Shown here: positions 18,397 to 27,838 of the stretch, one piece after another
Position numbering within the stretch: the first letter of the stretch is position 1
How the letters are laid out: every line of letters starts with the position of its first letter
Assembly: GCA_963751955.1 (NCBI GenBank)
Contig: CAVVWM010000003.1
Coordinates: 322,644-386,643 of the forward strand
Source of the DNA: an uncultured Acidimicrobiales bacterium
Lineage (GTDB): Bacteria; Actinomycetota; Acidimicrobiia; Acidimicrobiales; SZUA-35
Direction of reading: 5' to 3'
DNA: 64,000 nucleotides
Notes under the pieces: generated by a model
The model's input: only the letters and a program-made list of their open reading frames with translations
What the model was told of the DNA's origin: nothing
Database searches by the model: none
Translations under genes and position numbers: made by a program

Positions 18397-20793
18397 ATGC
18401 CCTCGCCCACCGCGTCTTCGGAGCGGCAGGGTCAACCGGTCGTGCGCCTCGCGGCAGCTGCATTCTCGGTCCCCCTGACCGCCCTCGGGATTTCACTCTC
18501 GTGGAATCACTGGGCCGGGGACGCGCTTGCACAATCGCCGTTCTGGGTTGCGCTCGTCATCGCGGCCGGGTTGATTATGGCGCTGATAACAAACTTCAAG
18601 ATCGCAGTTCGTGGGGAACGTTTCGATCTCACTTTCACCGAGGTGCCGACCGCCTTCGCGCTGGTCTTCCTTTCTCCATGGCTCATGGCGATTGTGTGGC
18701 TGGGAGGGACCTTCGTGAACCTCGCCCGATATGGGTCGGCCTGGTACAAGCTGCTCTTCAACGCTGCGCTGACGCTCTTCCGGGTTGGACTGAGCGTGCA
18801 GCTGCTTCGATCCCTCAGCTCGGACACCTCCGGGGTGATGTGGCTGTTCACTCTGGCATTCTCGATCGCCTTCGCCGAAACGGTGAGTACATCGGTACTC
18901 ACCGTCTTTGTGCGATGGGCTGCCGGCCGCCGAACGCCGTTCACGGAGATCACGTTTGCCTCGGGACAATCAGTGGTCGGTGCGGCGATCGGCACACTCG
19001 GTGTAATGACCGCGCAGCAGCACCCTGCGTTACTCGTATTGCCAGGTCTGGTGATGGCGGTCATCGGGCTGGCGTCGCGACAGCATGTAGCAGATCGGCA
19101 GACCTACCAGGATCTGCTCGAAGTTCATGGGTTCCTGAAGACTTTGTCAGGGCGTGACCCGGACGACGTCGCCAAACAGGGACTCGAAGAACTGCGACGA
19201 ATCAGCAACTCCCGATGGGCAGTTCTCACCGATTCCTCCGGTGATCCGGTCCAGAGCGCAGGCGCGGTGCCGCCAGACATTCGCGCCCAGCTCGATCCGA
19301 TATCCGAGGGAACGATCGGATCCGGCAACCTCCTGTATGCCTCGGTCTCAGCCGGCAGATCGATAGTGTTTTGTCCGGCGTCAGAGGATTCCGAACAGCG
19401 TGCTCGACGGATCGTTTCCGCCGCAGCGGACCTCCTCGCAAACGCCATCGATCGAGCCGACCTTCAGATTCAGATGGATTTCGACGCCACCCACGATCCG
19501 CTCACGGGGCTCCTCGCTCGCAGCGGGTTTCTACGACATGCAGACCGCCACCTTCAAGAATACGAGGGTGAGGGTTCGGTATTGGTCTTGGACCTGGCGC
19601 GCTTCGCTGATGTCAACAACACCCTCGGGTTCAAAGCGGGCGACCTCCTACTTCGAGAAGCCAGTTCTCGTCTATCGAGTGCACTGGGCGCCGACGCCAT
19701 CCTGGCAAGGCTTGATGGCGACTCTTTTGCCCTGTTCATTCCGACAAGCGACCGGCGGTTCGCTCTCGATGTCGCCAGCCGAGTTCGCAATGCTCTCCAC
19801 GGTTCGGTGGATCTGGACGGGTTGGAACTGACGCTGATAGTTCGAATCGGACTTGCTATCGGACCCACCCACGGAACGACCACCGAACAGCTTCTAAGGG
19901 CCGCCGATGTTGCCTCCGAACTTGCGAGTGAAAGCCAAGCTCCGGTCGTGGTATACCGGGCCGAGGCCGACCTTCATTCTGAGTCCAAGCTAGAGCTCCT
20001 TCACCGTATGCGCCGAGCTCTCGATGCCGAGGAATTCCAAGTGTGGTTCCAGCCAAAGACGGACACGATCTCCGGTCTGGTCGTTGGAGCCGAGGCCCTC
20101 CTGCGCTGGAACGACGACGACCGCTGGATTCCTCCAGATGAGTTCATACCAGCTGCTGAAGCTGCCGGCATGATGAACGATCTGACCGACTTCGTTCTGC
20201 GAAGATCTCTTGCCGCGGCAGCGAGCTGGCGAGCTGCCGGACATCAAATCGGTGTAGCGGTAAACCTGTCGCCGTCGTCGCTCGAGGATGCTCAGCTTCC
20301 GAGTCGAATCGCTTCGCAACTTCGCCAATTCAGCGTTGCGCCTCCGTCTTTGACGATTGAGATCACCGAATCTGTCGTGATGGGTCGAGGTGACACGGCC
20401 GCTGAGGGACTCGAACGGCTTCGCTCCCTCGGAGTTCGGCTGTCCGTAGACGACTTCGGAACCGGATATTCATCGCTTCGTTACCTCAAAGACCTCAACG
20501 TCGACGAACTCAAACTCGATCGCTCCTTTGTGCAGGATCTAGCGGTCTCGGACCGGTCAGAGACGATCGCCCGAGCCGTGGTCGGCCTAGGGCACAGTCT
20601 GGGTCTACAGGTCGTGGCCGAAGGGGTTGAAACCGACGAGGCGAGAGACCTGCTTCGGCACATGGGTTGCGACATTCTCCAGGGATACCTGATCGGACGG
20701 CCTATGCCGTTGGAGAACTTCGACAAATGGGTGAAGCGGTACTTGGTGTCGATCACGAGCAAGCAAAAAGAAAAGGGCCGATCACTTTCGTGA
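18397..20793 (+). CDS. Membrane c-di-GMP phosphodiesterase (multi-TM, degenerate GGDEF, EAL)
   Basis: About 7 N-terminal TM helices. GGDEF-like domain with the motif degenerated to LDGDSF. EAL domain with all motifs I know: EALLRW, NLS, EITES, DDFGTGYSSL, KLDRSF, EGVET, QGY. Confidence 0.85.
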   Translation: MPSPTASSERQGQPVVRLAAAAFSVPLTALGISLSWNHWAGDALAQSPFWVALVIAAGLIMALITNFKIAVRGERFDLTFTEVPTAFALVFLSPWLMAIVWLGGTFVNLARYGSAWYKLLFNAALTLFRVGLSVQLLRSLSSDTSGVMWLFTLAFSIAFAETVSTSVLTVFVRWAAGRRTPFTEITFASGQSVVGAAIGTLGVMTAQQHPALLVLPGLVMAVIGLASRQHVADRQTYQDLLEVHGFLKTLSGRDPDDVAKQGLEELRRISNSRWAVLTDSSGDPVQSAGAVPPDIRAQLDPISEGTIGSGNLLYASVSAGRSIVFCPASEDSEQRARRIVSAAADLLANAIDRADLQIQMDFDATHDPLTGLLARSGFLRHADRHLQEYEGEGSVLVLDLARFADVNNTLGFKAGDLLLREASSRLSSALGADAILARLDGDSFALFIPTSDRRFALDVASRVRNALHGSVDLDGLELTLIVRIGLAIGPTHGTTTEQLLRAADVASELASESQAPVVVYRAEADLHSESKLELLHRMRRALDAEEFQVWFQPKTDTISGLVVGAEALLRWNDDDRWIPPDEFIPAAEAAGMMNDLTDFVLRRSLAAAASWRAAGHQIGVAVNLSPSSLEDAQLPSRIASQLRQFSVAPPSLTIEITESVVMGRGDTAAEGLERLRSLGVRLSVDDFGTGYSSLRYLKDLNVDELKLDRSFVQDLAVSDRSETIARAVVGLGHSLGLQVVAEGVETDEARDLLRHMGCDILQGYLIGRPMPLENFDKWVKRYLVSITSKQKEKGRSLS

Positions 20794-20905
20794 TCGACCC
20801 GAATCGGACATCTTTGGCTTATAGCCAGCTGCCACCACGCATGATTTCTCCCTTCTGACGCATCGCAGGCGTCGCTTGCGGTCATGTTTATACGAGCGCA
20901 GCGAG

Positions 20906-22129
20906 TTAGCCAAACCGGAAGGGAACATCACCCTCCAGGTTTCTCTCAGAAGTTCGCTTTCCGTGGCCGAATGTTGACGCAGCGCCAACAAAACCGACCG
21001 AAGCGACAGTGATTGCGAAGATCACATTGGCCTCGCGAATGCCGATCACATCGGAAACAAATCCGCCGAGTAGTGCCCCGGAGGACAGCGAAATGAAGAT
21101 CACACCCTGGACTACAGAAAAGATTGCTGCCCGGTCGGTGTCGGGCAATCGTCTCCCGAAGACGATGTTGGCCACCATCGATGCACCAAAGCCGACTCCC
21201 ACTCCTCCGTACCCAATAAATGAACGCAAATCGGCACCGCCTGAGGCAAAAGCCACAGCCGCCACGACGCCGCCGATACCGGCTGCTCCAAAGCCGATCG
21301 TCAGCAGCACACTGTCACCGGGCTTGGTGGGGGCCAGCACAACGGTGATCACGGTAAACAAGGGGATCGTGGCAATCATGATCCCGATCCATCCTTCTGA
21401 CAGGCCGACCGAGCGGCCAAACACTGGCGCCTGGGTCTCTATGGCCATGCCCGCAATTGTGAGAGCGGCAGCAACGAGCAGGGCAATAGCTGACAGCCGA
21501 TCGCGGATCAGGTAGGCGCGAGCTGCAGCGAATGACCCTGATCGTTTTCCCCTCGCCGCCTGACCTGAAGCTGACACTCCACCGATCAGCAGCGCCGAAA
21601 CCAAGAACGTCAACGCATTGATACCGAGCGTGCCGCCCGCGCCCAACCATGCGATGAGAAACCCGCCGATCGCCCAACCAACGAGTGTGGCTGTTTGGTT
21701 GGCGGTGTGGATCACCTTTACCGCATTCGGATACTCGTCTTCGGTCGTGACGTCCACGATGAGAGCCGACCGATTCGATTCCCATACCGGGTCAATCACC
21801 GCTATCACGGCTATCGCTCCGAGCAGCAGCCAGACCGGGATCTTGCCCACGCCAAGAGCAACCAGGCCATAGAGCCCAGCGCGTGCAACCTCACAGCCGA
21901 AAAGCAGGCGCACCCTGTCCATCTGGTCGCCGAAGGATGCAAGGTATTGACCCGGCCCGAGCCACGGAAGGAAGAACAGCGCACCGGCCACACCAACGCC
22001 CGACGCGAGACCAGTTTCGTCGAGAACGATGAAGGCGATCGCCAACCGCGCAGCCCAGTCACCGACCTGAGAAACCGCTGCAGCTGCAAGGATGCGACGA
22101 ATCGCGGAGTTCCTGAGTGCATCCCGCAT
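20906..22129 (-). CDS. MFS transporter
   Basis: 407 aa, about 12 TM helices, N-terminus RRILAAAAVSQVGDWAARLAIAF typical of the EntS/MFS_3-like group. Confidence 0.75.
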   Translation of the reverse strand: MRDALRNSAIRRILAAAAVSQVGDWAARLAIAFIVLDETGLASGVGVAGALFFLPWLGPGQYLASFGDQMDRVRLLFGCEVARAGLYGLVALGVGKIPVWLLLGAIAVIAVIDPVWESNRSALIVDVTTEDEYPNAVKVIHTANQTATLVGWAIGGFLIAWLGAGGTLGINALTFLVSALLIGGVSASGQAARGKRSGSFAAARAYLIRDRLSAIALLVAAALTIAGMAIETQAPVFGRSVGLSEGWIGIMIATIPLFTVITVVLAPTKPGDSVLLTIGFGAAGIGGVVAAVAFASGGADLRSFIGYGGVGVGFGASMVANIVFGRRLPDTDRAAIFSVVQGVIFISLSSGALLGGFVSDVIGIREANVIFAITVASVGFVGAASTFGHGKRTSERNLEGDVPFRFG

Positions 22130-22277
22130 CAGCTGCTGACTGTAGTACTCAACAAGACGCCGCCCGTGCGATCGAACACCGACCCTGCTAAGTGAGGGCT
22201 AGGGTCCCGAAGTGAGAAGTTGGACCCGGTGAAACCGGAATCTCGCTCGAAAGCAGCGTGACGCGTCGTTTCCCAGT

Positions 22278-22496
22278 TCAAAGAGCCCCAATGGCCCAAA
22301 TCACCCCTTCGACGGCTCTCCACCCCAAATACGCCACCAGGGCAAACACCATCAGCCAGAAATGCCATGGTGCTCGGGCTGGAACTTCGACCTTGACATC
22401 TTCCATATCGACAGAGTTTCCGCAGGTAGGACAGGTTTTGTGGGCCGTAAGAGCGGTGGGTGCTCGGTATTCGTCGCAATTGTCACACCACGGCAC
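22278..22496 (-). CDS. Small zinc-ribbon membrane protein
   Basis: 72 aa. Two CxxC pairs (CDNCDEY...CPTCGN) followed by one hydrophobic helix, WHFWLMVFALVAYLGW. Confidence 0.5.
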   Translation of the reverse strand: MPWCDNCDEYRAPTALTAHKTCPTCGNSVDMEDVKVEVPARAPWHFWLMVFALVAYLGWRAVEGVIWAIGAL

Positions 22497-22591
22497 CGCC
22501 TCAGTATGGCGGGCACGCTCTCAGCCATCACACCAGAAGCCAGAAACCAACAGGTAAGACGAGCCGAGTTTCGACCGACTAACCTTATTGT

Positions 22592-23671
22592 ATGGAACGC
22601 GTGGTGCCTCTCGCAGGCGCCCTGATCTGCGCAGTCGCCGCAGTCTTCTGGATCAGGGCCGCCCGAAGCCGCCGCCAGCTAGCTGACCGATTGGCTACTG
22701 AGGGCGCAGAGTCTGATCTGTGGCGCCTGGCCGACGCCGACTATCGGCGCGACATCGAAGCAGCGGTCATCGCAATTTCGACCGGCGCTCTCCTCGGCTT
22801 CTTCGGGGTTGTTGGCATCTCATTCTGGCCAGGCGTGCTGAGTGGTCTGCTCGCAATACCCTCGATCAGAACGATCGCCCAGCGAAGCTCGATCAACGAG
22901 GTGAGCCGAATCGCGGCAGACAGATTCGAGATCGAAAAGCGGGCCAAGGAAGTTACCCAACAGGCGAACCTGGCGCCCTACCACTGGGCGGCGCGTCTGG
23001 CGCCCAATAGCCTTCCCGCACTCAAGGGGTTCGAGATCGGACAGGAATATAACCCCGGTGCGGGCGCCCTGGCCGGCGACTTCTTCGATGTCTTTCGAAT
23101 CGACAACGATCGCGTCGCCGCCGTCATCGGCGATGTCACCGGGCACGGAATAGAGCCCTCGATCACCGCCCTTCAAGCCAAATACCTTCTCCGCACCTTT
23201 TTGATGCAGTACCGGGATCCGGGACAAGCGGTCGAACAGCTCAATAACCAGATGTCCGTGCTGGAACGTGGTGAGGAGTTCATTTCCTTGTGCGTCCTCG
23301 TGTTTGACATCGAGGCTGAATCCCTGCGCTACGCATCAGCGGGCCACCCTGCTGCCTTCGTATGGCACCACCAGGAAGTACGTCCCCTAGGCGCTACCGG
23401 CCCGCTTCTGATGCTCGATCCCAAAGCGGTCTTTCACTCGCGCGAGGTGCAGTGGAATGCTGAAGACGTTGCGGTGCTTTACACCGACGGTCTCGCCGAG
23501 GCTCGGCGCGACGGTGTGCTCTTTGGCGAAGACGGGGTTGCGTCGATCATCCGTCGCGACCCAACCGCAGGGGTCGACGTGCTGGCGAAGTCTCTGATGG
23601 AAGCTGCCCGCGACTTCAGCGACGGCCCCATTACTGACGACGTTGCCATCCTCGTCATCAGGCATGCCTAG
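22592..23671 (+). CDS. Membrane-anchored PP2C/SpoIIE-type serine phosphatase
   Basis: N-terminal TM helices. The C-terminal PP2C core has GDFFDVF, IGDVTGHGIE, GHPAA, LYTDGL and DDVAILVI. Confidence 0.85.
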   Translation: MERVVPLAGALICAVAAVFWIRAARSRRQLADRLATEGAESDLWRLADADYRRDIEAAVIAISTGALLGFFGVVGISFWPGVLSGLLAIPSIRTIAQRSSINEVSRIAADRFEIEKRAKEVTQQANLAPYHWAARLAPNSLPALKGFEIGQEYNPGAGALAGDFFDVFRIDNDRVAAVIGDVTGHGIEPSITALQAKYLLRTFLMQYRDPGQAVEQLNNQMSVLERGEEFISLCVLVFDIEAESLRYASAGHPAAFVWHHQEVRPLGATGPLLMLDPKAVFHSREVQWNAEDVAVLYTDGLAEARRDGVLFGEDGVASIIRRDPTAGVDVLAKSLMEAARDFSDGPITDDVAILVIRHA

Positions 23672-23733
23672 CCGCGTTCTCGCCACGGGCTCAAGGCTCC
23701 GTGTGGCCTGAGAGGGCACGCCGCGGGCGAACG

Positions 23734-25035
23734 TCAGCGGTTTCTCACCCGCAGTTTGATGGGAGTGCCGGCGAGGCCGAATTCCTCTCGGATCTGGTTC
23801 TCGATATAGCGCAGATACGTGTCGGGAATCGCTCGATTGGTGAAAAGCGTGAACGTCGGCGGATCTGTTGCACCCTGGGTTGCATACAGAATCCTCGCCC
23901 CGTTTGGCGCGGCGTGGGCTGCCTGAGCCGACCGGATAAGGTCGTTGACTTTTTTGGTTGGCACCCGAGTCTGATAAGCATCGATCGCATCGAACAAAGA
24001 CGGGAGCAGCTTGTCGATTCCTCGACCCGACAGCGCCGAGATCCGATGTTGTGGAACATCGGGGAGGAAACTCAACTTGCGCTCCAACTGCGCTCCGACC
24101 TGATGTTTCTGCTCGGTTTCGGTGATGTCCCACTTGTTCAGCACGACCACGATCGGGCAGCCCGCAGCGTCTACCCGTTCGGCCAACCGTTGATCTTGAT
24201 GTGTGACGCCCTCGGATCCGTCAACGACGAGGAGGGCCACGTCGGCTTTGTCGACCGCACTTAGGGCTCGGACCACGCTGTAGTACTCAGTGTCCTCGTC
24301 GATTCGAGATCGCCGCCGCATTCCGGCAGTGTCAAGGAATCGGATCGGACCCTGCGCTGTCTCAACCACCGTGTCCACCGTGTCGCGAGTGGTTCCGGGC
24401 AGGTCGTGCGTGACGCTTCGCTCGTCACCGATCAGCTGGTTGAACAGGGTCGACTTGCCAACGTTGGGGCGGCCGACCAGCGCTATGGAGAAGATCCGCT
24501 GTTCTTCCTCTTCGCCAGGTTCGTCGGCCTCGGGCAGTTCGGGCAACGCGGCGGTGACGGCGTCGAGCAGATCGCCGACTCCCCTGCCATGAAGCGCCGA
24601 CACGCCAAATGGTTGTCCAAAACCAAGCGACATGAGCTCCCACAGTTCATCAGAATGTTTGAGATCGTCGACCTTGTTGGCAACGACGAAGACTGGAACG
24701 TCGAGTCTTCGTATGAACCGCACGAAGTGCTCATCTTCATCGGTGACGCCAACCGTGGCGTCGACAACCAAGAGGATCACAGACGCATCAGCGATGGCTT
24801 GCTCCGATTGAGCCGACACCTTCATATCGATTACCGAACCGCTGGTCAGCCAACCACCGGTATCGATCAGATCGAATTCGCGACCTTGCCACTCGGCGGG
24901 CACCTGCTTGCGGTCGCGTGTAACCCCGGGACGTTCCTCCACTATTGCTTCGCGGCGTCCCAGAATCCGGTTCATCAGCGTTGACTTGCCTACGTTTGGC
25001 CGTCCCGAAATTACCACTTTGGGTCTCATGGTCAT
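23734..25035 (-). CDS. der: Ribosome-associated GTPase Der/EngA (tandem G domains plus KH-like)
   Basis: Two G domains: GRPNVGKST...DTGG...NKVD and GRPNVGKST...DTAG...NKWD. Confidence 0.95.
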   Translation of the reverse strand: MTMRPKVVISGRPNVGKSTLMNRILGRREAIVEERPGVTRDRKQVPAEWQGREFDLIDTGGWLTSGSVIDMKVSAQSEQAIADASVILLVVDATVGVTDEDEHFVRFIRRLDVPVFVVANKVDDLKHSDELWELMSLGFGQPFGVSALHGRGVGDLLDAVTAALPELPEADEPGEEEEQRIFSIALVGRPNVGKSTLFNQLIGDERSVTHDLPGTTRDTVDTVVETAQGPIRFLDTAGMRRRSRIDEDTEYYSVVRALSAVDKADVALLVVDGSEGVTHQDQRLAERVDAAGCPIVVVLNKWDITETEQKHQVGAQLERKLSFLPDVPQHRISALSGRGIDKLLPSLFDAIDAYQTRVPTKKVNDLIRSAQAAHAAPNGARILYATQGATDPPTFTLFTNRAIPDTYLRYIENQIREEFGLAGTPIKLRVRNR

Positions 25036-26468
25036 GGCTGTCGCACCACCGTTCGCTCTGAAGAGCCGGCCAGTGCTTCTCGGAGTGCGATGCCGTTGGT
25101 CGGCACGATCTCGACCGGACGGGGAAGGTCACTTGGGCTGAGTCCATCGAGGAAGACACCGTTGGAAAGGCACACGTCGGGGAGAAGATATCGGTGCCCT
25201 TCCGGTTCGGACACAAGCGCTCGTTGGAGGTCTTCGCCAACCATCAGCCCAGCAACACCGATGTTCCCTCCGAAGAACTCGTTCTTGACCTCAACGATCC
25301 GGGCGTGGGGCAGAGCCGCAATACGGGGAGCGATCACCTCGGCCCCATAGCTGGAGGTGAGGACACCGATCGGGGGAGGGCTCTTGGCCTTCCGGGTTGC
25401 TCTGAGAGAAACCGGTGTTGCGCCGTAAAATTTCTGGTCGTCGCTAAGTCGCGGGGCACGGTAGGCCAAGGCTGGCGCACCCTCAACCCAAGCGAAAAAC
25501 CCTGGTTGGGTCCCGGTAGGTGTGGCCACCTCGCCGTCGAACTCGCGCTGGAATGTCCGGGCCATGCCGATCCCGTCTTCGTGCAGTTGGAAGTCCTCGT
25601 ATTCCTCTGCGTGAGGGAAAGGGAGGCCGGCAAGGATGTAGTACTCATCGGCGCAAAACACGAGACGTCGGTCGAGTAGACGAAGAAACCGTTTCTGCCA
25701 TGCCTCGACCGTCGCCACGACTGCTCGTGCTTCGTCGGTGGTGTGGAAGCGCATCGTCTCTTCCTGGGAGAACTTGGACACGCCGAGCGGAACGACTGCG
25801 ACCGAGGACATGTCGGCATAACGGTCCATGATGCCGCGCATAGTTCGCTCTAGTTCATCCCCGTCGTTTACTCCGGGGCAGACCACAACCTGACCGTGAA
25901 CCTCGATGTTGTTGGCCAGAAGAGCGTCGAGCCATCGAAGGCTCATGGCACCGCGCCGATTGCGCAACATGTGCGACCTTGCGCCGGGGTCGGTGGCGTG
26001 AATACTCACATAGAGCGGAGACAGACGTTCGGTGATGACCCGTTCGAGATCTGCTTCGGTGAAACGGGTGAGCGTGGTGAAGTTGCCGTAGAGGAAGCTC
26101 AGACGGTAGTCATCATCTTTCAGATAGAGCGACTTCCGCATGTTGGGTGGCAGCTGGTAGATGAAGCAGAACGAACAGTGGTTGTCGCAGGTTCGAACCT
26201 GATCGAATACAGCGCTTTGCACCTCGATACCCAACGGTGCGCCAGCATTCTTGTTGATGTGAACGTTCCGTTCGAGACCCCCGCGGTCGAGCTCGATCTC
26301 TACTTCGGACTCATCGACCAGCGTCTGGTACTGAATGACGTCACGAAGTCGCTCTCCGTTGATGGTCCTCACCACATCGCCGACGATGACACCTGCTCGG
26401 CCTGCTGGCGAAGTTGGATCCACTGACACAACCACTGGCGCGTCGGCACTCGTGGCGGTGGAAGTCAT
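25032..26468 (-). CDS. PDZ / radical-SAM-like / DUF512 protein
   Basis: N-terminal PDZ-like PAGRAGVIVGDVVRTINGERL. Cys triad CDNHCSFCF. Long C-terminal DUF512-like region. 4-nt overlap with der, a pairing I recall as conserved in Actinobacteria. Confidence 0.75.
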   Translation of the reverse strand: MTSTATSADAPVVVSVDPTSPAGRAGVIVGDVVRTINGERLRDVIQYQTLVDESEVEIELDRGGLERNVHINKNAGAPLGIEVQSAVFDQVRTCDNHCSFCFIYQLPPNMRKSLYLKDDDYRLSFLYGNFTTLTRFTEADLERVITERLSPLYVSIHATDPGARSHMLRNRRGAMSLRWLDALLANNIEVHGQVVVCPGVNDGDELERTMRGIMDRYADMSSVAVVPLGVSKFSQEETMRFHTTDEARAVVATVEAWQKRFLRLLDRRLVFCADEYYILAGLPFPHAEEYEDFQLHEDGIGMARTFQREFDGEVATPTGTQPGFFAWVEGAPALAYRAPRLSDDQKFYGATPVSLRATRKAKSPPPIGVLTSSYGAEVIAPRIAALPHARIVEVKNEFFGGNIGVAGLMVGEDLQRALVSEPEGHRYLLPDVCLSNGVFLDGLSPSDLPRPVEIVPTNGIALREALAGSSERTVVRQP

Positions 26469-26827
26469 CCCGCCAGTCTAGGGATCGCCTGAAGCCGGTC
26501 AGCGGTGCCGCTAGGCACCATCGGACCGAGGGCTCAGATGAAGACCCGATCATTCTCCGGCCACGCCTCGACAGCGGAGGTCGACGTTCACACATCCAAT
26601 GGGGCGGTCAGAGGAATGACCGTCGAGGTGGGCCAGGCCGCTGCGATCGATCGCTCCGACAGCGGTGTCGAGCGACACAGCGGTGACAGTTGCGGCTCAA
26701 ATCGTTGCAATCCCCAATCCCCTTTGGACCCGCTTCCCCAGGTCTGTGGCCGCTGTGACAGATACGACAGTGTGCTTTCGCTCGGCTGCCATCAGCTCGA
26801 CTCGAGATCCAACTAGATTCGCGCTCG

Positions 26828-27802
26828 GTGGAAATCGAGCGACGGACCGCGGAGCAGGAAAGCAACCGTTTGGGTGTATTCGGCCTACCCGAACCGACGG
26901 CGAAGCGAATCGTCATCCGCCAGGCTGGCTACTCGACGTCACCCCGCAGGGACCGGGTTGTTCCGACGGTGAGGTCGAGGACCGAACCGGTGCGGAGAAA
27001 TCCCCCCGCTCATCGATTGCGCCCTGCGAATCTGGCATCGGTGCTGATCCTCGGAGCGCTCCTCGCTGCAGTTATGGTCGCCGGATTTGGCCAACTGCGT
27101 GATTCAACGGGTCGTCCCGAGGTGCTGGGAGTCACTCAGATCCCCGCCCGTCCCTCAGGCGAGCTCAACAACCCAACCTCGACTCAGCCCCGCCTGAGAG
27201 AACCGTCCGACGACGTGGCGGCGTCTGCATCCGCCACCGAACAATCCGAGGCCAGCACGCCTACCCGTTCTCCGACGACGCAAACAACTATCCGATCCAC
27301 GGTTCGTAATGGGGGATCACTCCTACCTGCGCCAACCTCGGTGTCGACTACAGCTGTGAGCACAACGACCACTGCGCCCAGCGTCAGCACCGCGCAAGCG
27401 CCGAGCACTTCATCGTCGACAACCACAATCCCGAGCACGACCACTTGGTCCACCACCACGGTGCCGATCGACCTGACTACCGGGCCTCGCCTCACGACGA
27501 CGACCGCATCACCAACAACAACAACAACAACAACAACCGAGCCGACTCCCACCAGTGAAGCCCCCGCCCCAACCACGATCGAACCAACGACAACATCGAC
27601 CGAGCGTCCCGACCCATCGACCACTACGGCCCTGCCCACCACAACAACAGAACCAACGACAACATCGACCGAGCGTCCCGACCCATCGACCACTACGGCC
27701 CTGCCCACCACAACAACAGACGAATCCACCACAACCCTCAGCACGACCCTCACCACCAACACACCAACCGTGGATGCCGACGACAACAACGACGGCGACT
27801 GA
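26828..27802 (+). CDS. Membrane-anchored Pro/Thr/Ser-rich repeat protein (mucin-like)
   Basis: One TM helix (LASVLILGALLAAVMVAGF), then about 230 aa that are more than 60% T/S/P, including a poly-Thr run and two identical 23-aa repeats. The start is uncertain: GTG at 26828, with alternative GTGs near 26970 and 26991. Confidence 0.6.
   Translation: MEIERRTAEQESNRLGVFGLPEPTAKRIVIRQAGYSTSPRRDRVVPTVRSRTEPVRRNPPAHRLRPANLASVLILGALLAAVMVAGFGQLRDSTGRPEVLGVTQIPARPSGELNNPTSTQPRLREPSDDVAASASATEQSEASTPTRSPTTQTTIRSTVRNGGSLLPAPTSVSTTAVSTTTTAPSVSTAQAPSTSSSTTTIPSTTTWSTTTVPIDLTTGPRLTTTTASPTTTTTTTTEPTPTSEAPAPTTIEPTTTSTERPDPSTTTALPTTTTEPTTTSTERPDPSTTTALPTTTTDESTTTLSTTLTTNTPTVDADDNNDGD
27514..27537. repeat. (AAC)8 microsatellite inside the PT-rich gene (encodes poly-Thr)
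   Basis: Read directly: eight uninterrupted AAC units. Confidence 0.9.
27581..27718. repeat. Perfect 69-bp tandem duplication (2 copies) inside the PT-rich gene
   Basis: gaaccaacgacaacatcgaccgagcgtcccgacccatcgaccactacggccctgcccaccacaacaaca occurs at 27581-27649 and again, with no mismatch, at 27650-27718. It is in frame (23 aa: EPTTTSTERPDPSTTTALPTTTT). Confidence 0.95.
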
Positions 27803-27838
27803 TCAACTGTCCTCAGCGGAATCTCATCGGATTCGATA

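Noticed and set aside
17322-18410. The 362-aa ORF in the track, read as a long form of the SRAP protein
   Set aside because: Its first 117 codons run antisense through tRNA-Pro, giving the tell-tale GLAGFEPT translation of a T-arm. SRAP proteins must begin Met-Cys, so the real start is MCGRF at 18059.
18113-22200. tRNA-Pro as an integration site for a genomic island
   Set aside because: There is no integrase, excisionase or phage gene, and I found no direct repeat of the tRNA 3' end downstream. The neighbouring genes are ordinary signalling and transport genes.
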